Shown here piece by piece: positions 10,815-17,586 of a stretch of DNA of 64,000 nt. Under the pieces are notes generated by a model, which did no database searches, was not told the origin of the DNA, and worked only from the letters and a program-made list of their open reading frames with translations. Source of the stretch: an uncultured Acidiferrobacteraceae bacterium (GTDB taxonomy: Bacteria > Pseudomonadota > Gammaproteobacteria > Acidiferrobacterales > Sulfurifustaceae); contig CAZVUN010000001.1 in assembly GCA_964629975.1 (NCBI GenBank), positions 10,846-74,845 on the forward strand, read 5' to 3'. How positions within the stretch are numbered: the first letter of the stretch is position 1; each line of letters starts with the position of its first letter. Position numbers and translations under genes: made by a program.

Positions 10815-11486
10815 TTAGACAAGAGAGCGTCGAAAGGCGAGGCTAACCGCCTCGGCGCGGCTGTGGACGTCGAGCTTCTGCAGAATGCTGCGGATGTGGT
10901 TACGTACCGTGGTGCGGCTTATCTGCATGTGTTCGGCCAGCTGCTCGGTGCGCAGCCCCTCGCTCAAAAGGGCCAGCACCATGCGCTCGCGCGCCGTCAG
11001 GTCATCGCGCGGTGTCTCGCGCCCGTGGCGCGGGCCCTCAAAGCACTCGAAACGCGCAAACATCCGGCGCCGCGAAATCGGGCGCAGCACAAACACGGCC
11101 GCGGCGGGTCGAAGCCGCGCGGCCAGACTGTAGGCGCCGATATTCACCCACAAGGGGCCGGCGTGCATGCGCGGCACCGACAGATCGAAGCTTGGCACCG
11201 GCCGGTGCGCAAGCAGCGCGATGGCGATGCGGCAGTCCGGACGACACGCCGGTTTGCCGTCGAGCGTATGCCCGCACAGCACCTGGTCGCAACGCCGGTT
11301 GTTGAAGGGAAACGATTGCGGACACAAACGTAGGAACGCAGCGTTGGCGTAGACAATGCGGCGTGCGCGATCAGTGGCAAACACTGCATCGGCGCTACTG
11401 CCAAAGATGTCGGCCAGTTCCCCCATGCCCCCCGCCCCCCGACGATGGCGCGTCACCGCCCGACCGTGTGGTGTGGTGGAGAGCAC
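10815..11486 (-). CDS. PAS-domain LuxR-family (HTH) transcriptional regulator with a Cys-rich insert
   Basis: C-terminal LuxR/FixJ-type HTH (LTARERMVLALLSEGLRTEQLAEHMQISRTTVRNHIRSILQKL). N-terminal PAS-like segment (SADAVFATDRARRIVYANAAFLRL). Five Cys fall within about 30 aa. Alternative start ATG 11426. Confidence 0.75.
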   Translation of the reverse strand: MLSTTPHGRAVTRHRRGAGGMGELADIFGSSADAVFATDRARRIVYANAAFLRLCPQSFPFNNRRCDQVLCGHTLDGKPACRPDCRIAIALLAHRPVPSFDLSVPRMHAGPLWVNIGAYSLAARLRPAAAVFVLRPISRRRMFARFECFEGPRHGRETPRDDLTARERMVLALLSEGLRTEQLAEHMQISRTTVRNHIRSILQKLDVHSRAEAVSLAFRRSLV

Positions 11487-11584
11487 TATAAGATTCGCGC
11501 GGGAGCGCGGCTATAGCGTGGGGGTATCAGGAATTCTTGTGGCGCTACAGCTGGCAGCTGGGACTATTGGCGCATCGATAGATT

Positions 11585-13051
11585 TTATAATCCGAGCTCG
11601 GCCCACAACTCATCGACACGCCGGCGGACCGCCTCGCTCATCCCGATCGGCCTGCCCCATGGGCGTGTCGTCTCGCCCGGCCATTTGTTGGTCGCATCCA
11701 GGCCGAGCTTGCCGCCGAGCGAGGGTGCGGGACTGGCGAAATCGAGATAATCGATTGGCGTGTTTTCCGCCACCAGCGTATCGCGCGCGGGATCCATGCG
11801 CGTGGTCATGGCCCACACCACCTCCTTCCAGTCGCGCACGTTGATGTCGTCGTCGGTGACGATCACAAACTTCGTGTACGTGAACTGGCGCAGGTACGAC
11901 CACACACCGAACATGATGCGCCGGGCGTGCCCCGGGTAGCGCTTCTTGATCGAGACGCAGGCGACGCGGTACGAGCAGCCCTCGGGCGGCAGATAGAAGT
12001 CCACGATCTCCGGAAACTGCTTCTGCAATATCGGGATGAACACCTCGTTCAGTGCCTGTGCCAGCACCGAGGGTTCGTCCCAGGGCGAGCGGCCCATGTA
12101 GCTCGAATGGTAGATCGGGGTGGTACGGTGGCTGATGCGCTCGACGGTGAAGACCGGGAACGTATCCTGCGCGTTGTAGTAGCCGGTGTGGTCGCCGAAC
12201 GGCCCTTCGAGCGCGGTCTCGCCCGGCTGGATATGGCCTTCGAGCACGATCTCGGCGCTCGCCGGCACCGACAGCGTGCGACTGCGGTCCGGCACCACCT
12301 CGCTGCGCGCACCACGCAGCAGACCCGCGAACGTGAATTCCGAAAGCGAGTCGGGGATCGGTGTCACCGCCGCCAGCAGCGTTGCCGGATCGGCGCCGAT
12401 CGCGACCACCACCGGGAACGGCTTGCCCGGGTTCGCCTCCTGATGCTCGCGGAAATCGATTGCGCCGCCGCGGTGGTGCAGCCAGCGCATGATGACCTTG
12501 TTGCGCGAGAGCACCTGCTGGCGGTAGATGCCGATGTTCTGGCGCGCCTTGTGCGGCCCCTTGGTGATGACAAGACCGAAGGTGATCAAACGCCCGGCGT
12601 CTTCGGGCCAGCACTGCTGGATCGGAAGCATCGACAGGTCCACGTCCGGCCCTTCGACGACGTGCGCGCGGCAGGGTGCGTGGCGAACCTCCTTGGGCGG
12701 CGCGTGCAGCACCTGCCTCCACTCCGGCAGCCTCTCGAACAGCTCGCTCAAGCCCCGCGGCAATTGCGGTTCCTTCAGGAACGCGAGCATGCGCCCGACC
12801 TCGCGCAGCTCCTCGACCGATTTGCGGCCGACGGCCCGCGCGATGCGCGCCGTGGTGCCGAACAGGTTCCCGAGCAGCGCAATGCGCGAGCCCTTCGGGT
12901 GCTCGAACAGCAACGCCGGGCCGCCGGCCTTGAGCGTACGCTGACAGATCTCGGTTACCTCGAGCACCGGATCGACCGGTACGCCGATGCGCTTGAGCCC
13001 GCCGTCGGCCTCCAGCGCCCCCAGAAAATCACGCAATGTCGCGTAGCTCAT
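11585..13051 (-). CDS. ubiD: 4-hydroxy-3-polyprenylbenzoate decarboxylase
   Basis: UbiD-family sequence throughout ([26 protein letters not shown]). ATG 13051 is preferred. The tool start at 13102 is a TTG inside the FNR box. Confidence 0.93.
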   Translation of the reverse strand: MSYATLRDFLGALEADGGLKRIGVPVDPVLEVTEICQRTLKAGGPALLFEHPKGSRIALLGNLFGTTARIARAVGRKSVEELREVGRMLAFLKEPQLPRGLSELFERLPEWRQVLHAPPKEVRHAPCRAHVVEGPDVDLSMLPIQQCWPEDAGRLITFGLVITKGPHKARQNIGIYRQQVLSRNKVIMRWLHHRGGAIDFREHQEANPGKPFPVVVAIGADPATLLAAVTPIPDSLSEFTFAGLLRGARSEVVPDRSRTLSVPASAEIVLEGHIQPGETALEGPFGDHTGYYNAQDTFPVFTVERISHRTTPIYHSSYMGRSPWDEPSVLAQALNEVFIPILQKQFPEIVDFYLPPEGCSYRVACVSIKKRYPGHARRIMFGVWSYLRQFTYTKFVIVTDDDINVRDWKEVVWAMTTRMDPARDTLVAENTPIDYLDFASPAPSLGGKLGLDATNKWPGETTRPWGRPIGMSEAVRRRVDELWAELGL

Positions 13052-13088
13052 GGGTCGTACACGGTAGGCGGTCACGGCCGGCCGCCGC

Positions 13089-13102
13089 TTGATCAAAATC
13101 AA
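13089..13102. promoter_or_regulatory. perfect FNR box between divergent ubiD and ubiT
   Basis: TTGATCAAAATCAA. On the + strand a 21-nt gap leads to CATAAT (13124-13129), with the ubiT ATG at 13138. On the - strand a 22-nt gap leads to TACCGT, with the ubiD ATG at 13051. Confidence 0.85.
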
Positions 13103-13137
13103 TTACCCCGCGCACCGGCGGGCCATAATGGCGCGCG

Positions 13138-13638
13138 ATGCCCCCTGCAATCCCCTTCGCCTTGGTAGCACCCCTGCGCCTGCCGCTCGCGCTTCTGCCC
13201 GATGCGTTACAGGCCAGGTTGTTCGCGCAGGTCGCGAACCATCTCCTGCGCGGCCAGCGGCTGGCGCGGCGCCTGCCGGCGCTCGATGGCAGATCGGTCG
13301 AGATCCATATCACCGATGCCGACGCGCACCTGCGCTTCGCCATCGAGGCCGGGCGCCTGGTCGCGAGCGGCGCGCCGCGCTGCGACGTGGTGATCCGCGG
13401 CACGCTCGCCGAGTTCTGGCAGCTGGCCACGCGCGCCGAGGATCCGGATACCCTGTTCTTCCACCGGCGACTCAGCATCGAAGGTGACACCGAGACCGGA
13501 CTGCACGTGAAGAACCTGCTCGATGCGCTCGACTATGACATCGAGGCCCACGTCCGGGCGGTGCTGGAGCAGACGCCGGCGCGCCTGCTCGCGCCACTGA
13601 TCACACCACTGCTCGCCGCACTGCGCGCCGGTCGTTAG
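13138..13638 (+). CDS. ubiT: SCP2-domain ubiquinone anaerobic biosynthesis accessory factor
   Basis: DPDTLFFHRRLSIEGDTETGLHVKNLLDAL closely parallels E. coli YhbT/UbiT as recalled (DPDTLFFQRRLVIEGDTELGLYVKNLMDAI). Confidence 0.85.
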   Translation: MPPAIPFALVAPLRLPLALLPDALQARLFAQVANHLLRGQRLARRLPALDGRSVEIHITDADAHLRFAIEAGRLVASGAPRCDVVIRGTLAEFWQLATRAEDPDTLFFHRRLSIEGDTETGLHVKNLLDALDYDIEAHVRAVLEQTPARLLAPLITPLLAALRAGR

Positions 13639-14531
13639 CCGCCGGCGCTGCCCCAGTTCATGCCCGCCTGCCCGAGCCAGTAGCCGTCGCAGCGCCCGGT
13701 CGGCATGTACGGCGCCAAACGGCTATCGGCATCCGCGACCGTGATCGCCCCGTCGGCGACGGCGCGAAACAGCTCGACAACCGCGAACGTTCCCTGCGAC
13801 TGCGGCGTGACACGCAACACCTCCACGCCGAGCGCCGCCAGGGCTTGCAGATGCCCGAGGAGGCTGTGCGTGCCGGCGGACTGCACCTGGATGCCATTCA
13901 GCACCAGGAACGGTTTGTCCTCCTGGGTCTTGAGCAGCATGCCGTCGGGATAGTCGGCGCAGCGAAAGGCGCAGTCGTCCTTGGACCGGTTGTGGGCGCG
14001 CGCCGTGAAGCAGCGCGCGGAGAACGCGAGCGGCAGGCGCCCAAAGGCAAAGACCTCGGTCTCAACCCCTTCCGGTCGCGTGGCCTGCAGGGCAGCGAGC
14101 GCCTCGCGCGACAGCTCGAGCGGCGGTACCCAGCGGCATGCGCCGCTGCCGGCAAGCACGGCGAGGCTCGCCGCGTTGTAGACGTTGAGATGCGGACCGG
14201 CGACGAAGCGCGCACGGCCGGCCAGCAGGTTGACCGCGCCCCAGTCATTGGCCTCCACCCGGAAGCGCCCGTTCTCGGCGATGCGCCGCAGTTGCGCGAG
14301 CTCCGATTCCGCCTCGAGCAGCGTGAGCGTCGACAGCACCACTTCCTTGCCGGCTGCGGCAAGCTGCTCGGCCAGCGCGATCCAGTCGCGCAGGCGCAGC
14401 GCGCGGCGCTTGGCGCACACCACCTCACCCAGATAGACGATGTCCACCGGGCTCGCCGCCGTGCGTGCGTAGAACTCGCGCACCGTCTCGCGCGTCCAGA
14501 AGTAGGGGATGGGTCCCAGTGATAACTTCAT
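13635..14531 (-). CDS. ubiV: U32-family ubiquinone anaerobic biosynthesis protein
   Basis: MKLSLGPIPYFWTRETVREFY... parallels the E. coli YhbV/UbiV N-terminus. ATG 14531 is preferred over the upstream TTG at 14546. Confidence 0.9.
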   Translation of the reverse strand: MKLSLGPIPYFWTRETVREFYARTAASPVDIVYLGEVVCAKRRALRLRDWIALAEQLAAAGKEVVLSTLTLLEAESELAQLRRIAENGRFRVEANDWGAVNLLAGRARFVAGPHLNVYNAASLAVLAGSGACRWVPPLELSREALAALQATRPEGVETEVFAFGRLPLAFSARCFTARAHNRSKDDCAFRCADYPDGMLLKTQEDKPFLVLNGIQVQSAGTHSLLGHLQALAALGVEVLRVTPQSQGTFAVVELFRAVADGAITVADADSRLAPYMPTGRCDGYWLGQAGMNWGSAGG

Positions 14532-14536
14532 CGTGG

Positions 14537-14558
14537 CAAGTGACAAGTACCAAGTGAC
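14537..14558 (-). repeat. direct repeat GTCACTTG-N6-GTCACTTG immediately upstream of the ubiV start
   Basis: + strand CAAGTGAC at 14537-14544 and 14551-14558 (period 14). The proximal copy occupies the place where an SD would be expected, and no purine-rich SD is present. Confidence 0.7.
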
Positions 14559-14609
14559 GAGTAATCGTGCGCCTGCGGCGCATTGTTTTGCCTCTTACAA
14601 ACCACTAAA

Positions 14610-14627
14610 CACTCAGCACTCAGCACT
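14610..14627. repeat. short tandem 7-mer (CACTCAG x2.6) in the ubiU-ubiV spacer
   Basis: CACTCAGCACTCAGCACT read directly. It lies in a 103-nt spacer of visibly lower GC. Confidence 0.7.
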
Positions 14628-14634
14628 GTCGTCA

Positions 14635-15666
14635 CTATTGCCATGGCCGGTGATAGGCCCCGAGGGTGTGGCAGCGGCCCTCCGCGACCTTGTCGAGCGC
14701 GCGCTGCCATTCGGGGCGGGGCACGAAGTGCGCCGGGTCGCGCCGGCAGGCATCGAGCGCCGCACGCAGCACCTGCGTGACCTGCGCGACATAGGCCGGG
14801 CTGCGCTGCCGGCCCTCGACCTTGATCGCCGCGACCCCGGCAGCGAACAGCTGTGGCAGGATCTCCAGGACGTTGAGCGCGGTCGGTTCCTCCAGCGCAT
14901 AGAACGGCTGGCCGGCCACAGGGTCGGGCCCATCGCTCGAACACCGCTCCACGGCGAACCGGCCCTTGCACAATGTGGGGTAGCCGGCCGACTGGTCGGG
15001 GGCGTAAATGTCGATCAGCACGCCGTTCAGGCGCGAACGCCGTCCACCGCCCGGCGATTCCTCCCAGCGCACACTCTTCGCCGGCGAGCACACGCCGCTG
15101 GTGTTGGGCGACTCGCCGGTGACATAGGACGACAACTGGCAGCGCCCCTCCACCATGATGCACAGGCTGCCGAAGCCGAATACCTCGACCTCCACGTTCA
15201 CGCGGTGCACGATCGCCGCCACCTGCGCAGCCGACAGCACGCGCGGCAGCACCACGCGCCGGATGCGAAAGCGCCGCGCATAGAAGTCGATAGCCTCCGG
15301 ATTCGTGGCCGAGCCCTGCACCGAAAGGTGCAGGCGCAGCTGCGGATGGCGGGCGGCCGCGTAACTGAGCAGCCCGACGTCCGCCATGATCAGCGCATCG
15401 ACCCCAAGCGCGGCCGCCAGGTCTACGGCCGCACACCAGCGGGCCCACTGGTCCGGGCGCGGGAAGGTGTTGAGCGCGACGAACACGCGCCGGCCGGCCG
15501 CGTGCGCGTAGGCGAGCGCCTCACGTGCCTCGTCGGCGTCGAAATTGAGGCCGGGAAAATTCCGCGCGTTGGTGCCGTCGCGAAAACCGATGTAGACGGC
15601 ATCGGCGCCACAATCGATTGCGGCCTTCAATGCCGGCAGGCTCCCGGCGGGACAAATGAGCTCCAT
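14635..15666 (-). CDS. ubiU: U32-family ubiquinone anaerobic biosynthesis protein
   Basis: MELICPAGSLPALKAAIDCGADAVYIGFRDGTNARNFPGLNF parallels the E. coli YhbU/UbiU N-terminus nearly residue for residue. Confidence 0.92.
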   Translation of the reverse strand: MELICPAGSLPALKAAIDCGADAVYIGFRDGTNARNFPGLNFDADEAREALAYAHAAGRRVFVALNTFPRPDQWARWCAAVDLAAALGVDALIMADVGLLSYAAARHPQLRLHLSVQGSATNPEAIDFYARRFRIRRVVLPRVLSAAQVAAIVHRVNVEVEVFGFGSLCIMVEGRCQLSSYVTGESPNTSGVCSPAKSVRWEESPGGGRRSRLNGVLIDIYAPDQSAGYPTLCKGRFAVERCSSDGPDPVAGQPFYALEEPTALNVLEILPQLFAAGVAAIKVEGRQRSPAYVAQVTQVLRAALDACRRDPAHFVPRPEWQRALDKVAEGRCHTLGAYHRPWQ

Positions 15667-15687
15667 CGATGAACGCCAGAATCAGCC

Positions 15688-15709
15688 GTAAGTGATGGGT
15701 AGTAAGTGA
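15688..15709 (-). repeat. direct repeat TCACTTAC-N6-TCACTTAC upstream of the ubiU start
   Basis: + strand GTAAGTGA at 15688-15695 and 15702-15709 (period 14). It shares the AAGTGA core with the ubiV-proximal repeat. Confidence 0.7.
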
Positions 15710-15806
15710 GGGATGGGTTCGTATAAGCGGCTTGACCTGTCGGCGCGGCCACGCATTTCTGCCGCGGACTCCGGGACCTAGAACCTGGAGCGCATCATTG
15801 CCTTCC

Positions 15807-16418
15807 CTAACCTACCTTGCCGAGCACGCGATGGCGGAAGTCGACGCCGAGCCGTGCCGCGAGCGCAGCGCACGCCGCCACGTCCACACCTTCGAGACCG
15901 TCGACGGCGCTCACGCTCACGTGCGGCACGAACTCGCGTGCCCGCGTGATGAATTCGAGCACCGCCTCGTAGGCGCCGGCCTCCTTGGGCCGGCAGTGGC
16001 GCGCGTAGGTGGTCGCGTCCTGCGCGTTGAGCGACACCGACAGGCTGTCGACGATGTCCTCCAGGTCTGGCGTCACGTCACGCCCGTGCACCCGATTGGC
16101 GAGACCGTCGGTGTTGATGCGGATCGCCTTGGCGCCGAGCTTGCGCAGGCGGGTGGCCACCTCGAGCACGTCGTAGAGGCGCAGCGTCGGCTCGCCCAGC
16201 CCGCAAAACACCACCTCCCGATACTGCCCGGGGTTCTCGGCTGCCGCCACCATCTCCTCGACCGTCGGTTCGCGCGGCAGGCGCAGGGCGTAGTCCTGCA
16301 CCGTCCAGCAGCCGTTGAACTTGGGGCAGAAGCCGCAACGCAGCGTGCAGCGGTTGGTAACGTTGAGGTACCGACCACCACGCAGGGTGTAACCGAAAAC
16401 GGGTGTGTGCATGCCCAT
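15807..16418 (-). CDS. small radical SAM protein (resembles the family annotated as TatD-associated radical SAM)
   Basis: CTLRCGFC (Cx3Cx2C) near the N-terminus, a GLGEP glycine-rich motif, about 200 aa. Start is ambiguous: ATG 16433 lies inside the predicted -10 hexamer, so 16418 or 16412 is more likely. Confidence 0.8.
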   Translation of the reverse strand: MGMHTPVFGYTLRGGRYLNVTNRCTLRCGFCPKFNGCWTVQDYALRLPREPTVEEMVAAAENPGQYREVVFCGLGEPTLRLYDVLEVATRLRKLGAKAIRINTDGLANRVHGRDVTPDLEDIVDSLSVSLNAQDATTYARHCRPKEAGAYEAVLEFITRAREFVPHVSVSAVDGLEGVDVAACAALAARLGVDFRHRVLGKVG

Positions 16419-16457
16419 GACGGTGCCGCACATTACCGGCCGCGCGCGCCGCTTGCA

Positions 16458-16471
16458 TTGATCTCAATCAA
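16458..16471. promoter_or_regulatory. perfect FNR box, class II geometry, upstream of the radical SAM gene
   Basis: TTGATCTCAATCAA. On the - strand exactly 22 nt separate it from TAATGT (16435-16430). The predicted TSS is about 5 nt before ATG 16418. Confidence 0.85.
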
Positions 16472-16564
16472 GATCGCCGCGGGCTCATTGCTTGGCGCGA
16501 CGTGGGCGCGCCACGGCACAGTGGTTGAGTGTCACGCTCAACGGCACGGCGGGCGCGCGTGCCG

Positions 16565-16972
16565 CTAACCCGGTTTGTCCTTGAGCAGGTCCTTGAGATT
16601 GGCGAACGGCTGGTTCACGGCCGCGACCCGACTGGCCGCGGCGGGCAGCGGATCCCAGCCGCGCACCAGGTGGGCGAACTTCTGATGCTCGGCATCGTGG
16701 CAGTACAGGCACAGGTTCTCCCAGTTGCTGCCGTCCGCCGGGTTGTTGTCGTGGTTGTGGTCCTTGTGGTGCACCGTGAGCTCATGCAGGTTTTCGCGCG
16801 TGAAGCTGCGGCCGCAGCGCCCGCACACCCATGGGTGCAGCTTGAGCGACTGCTCGCGATAGCCCTGCATGCGCGTGTCGCGATCCTTCACGGCGCGCGC
16901 CACGACCGCGTCCAGCCTGGCGGTATTGATTGGGTCACCCGGGCGCCGCGGGCCGCTGCGCTTTGCTGTCAT
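16565..16972 (-). CDS. yajD: HNH endonuclease family protein YajD
   Basis: HPWVCGRCGRSF...ELTVHHKDHNHDNNPADGSNWENLCLYCHDAEH parallels E. coli YajD as recalled. Confidence 0.85.
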   Translation of the reverse strand: MTAKRSGPRRPGDPINTARLDAVVARAVKDRDTRMQGYREQSLKLHPWVCGRCGRSFTRENLHELTVHHKDHNHDNNPADGSNWENLCLYCHDAEHQKFAHLVRGWDPLPAAASRVAAVNQPFANLKDLLKDKPG

Positions 16973-17082
16973 GGTATCGAGCCCTCACTCGCTGCCTGCC
17001 GACGGATCAGCGCGGACGCGAGGATCCGCTCCGCACTCCCTATATAATGCCGAAAAGCTGCCGCGCTTTGGACTCCCTTAAG

Positions 17083-17541
17083 ATGACATTACCGCCCGTG
17101 CGTCCGGGCTGCGAAGCAAGCGTGGTCTGCGACCTGACACTCTGGAGTTTGTTCGCGGGCGCGTTCGCCTCGGCCGCCCTTCTCCGGGCGGCTCGCGGGC
17201 CGTGCGGTTTCTGGCGGCGCGGCAACGGCCCTGCGATCCGTGGCTGCCTCTCGCCATCGCCCCATTCGGCAACACGCTCGGTGCGCTTACGACCTGGCTT
17301 GTTGGGCGGATTGCTGGCTCGGCGCCAGCCGCTCGATCGGCCGCGCAAGCCCGCGCAGCAGCACGCGGTCACCTGGCTGCGGCACCGGGGCAGCCCCCTA
17401 TTGCCGCTGTCGTGGCTGCCGCGCGTGGGCGACCCGCTGTGCGTTGGCGCCGGCGGGTTACGGATGCCGCTCGCCCTGGCGGGGACGTTCATCGCCGCCG
17501 CCAGGGCGGCCCGCTCCGCGGTGGTAGCGGCCGCCGCCTGA
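17083..17541 (+). pseudogene. yqaA: YqaA/DedA-related inner membrane protein gene with two compensating frameshifts
   Basis: The N- and C-terminal parts (LWSLFAGAFASAALL and VTWLRHRGSPLLPLSWLPRVGDPLC) are in one frame. The middle part (LLPGGSRAV...PWLPLAIAPFGNTLGALTTWLVGR) is in the adjacent frame. The first switch is at the CC run near 17184-17186; the second is near 17290-17310. Confidence 0.55.
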
Positions 17542-17586
17542 AGCGGTGGGGCACCTCATTCTTCAGGAAACAGCATTGCGTTCAAC

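Noticed and set aside
14610-14627. CRISPR or minisatellite
   Set aside because: There are only 2.6 copies of a 7-mer and no spacer structure. Nothing elsewhere in the window resembles a repeat-spacer array.
15696-15720. NarL/NarP heptamers (ATGGGTA = TACCCAT, and ATGGGTT) upstream of ubiU
   Set aside because: One exact heptamer match is expected by chance. The two copies are direct rather than in 7-2-7 inverted arrangement, and they are simply part of the larger tandem repeat. This is kept as a note only, not a call.
16930-17082. Upstream extension of the yqaA-like ORF (tool start 16930)
   Set aside because: The extension overlaps the yajD 5-prime end and promoter region and has no family similarity. 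ATG 17083 fits the YqaA-like N-terminus.
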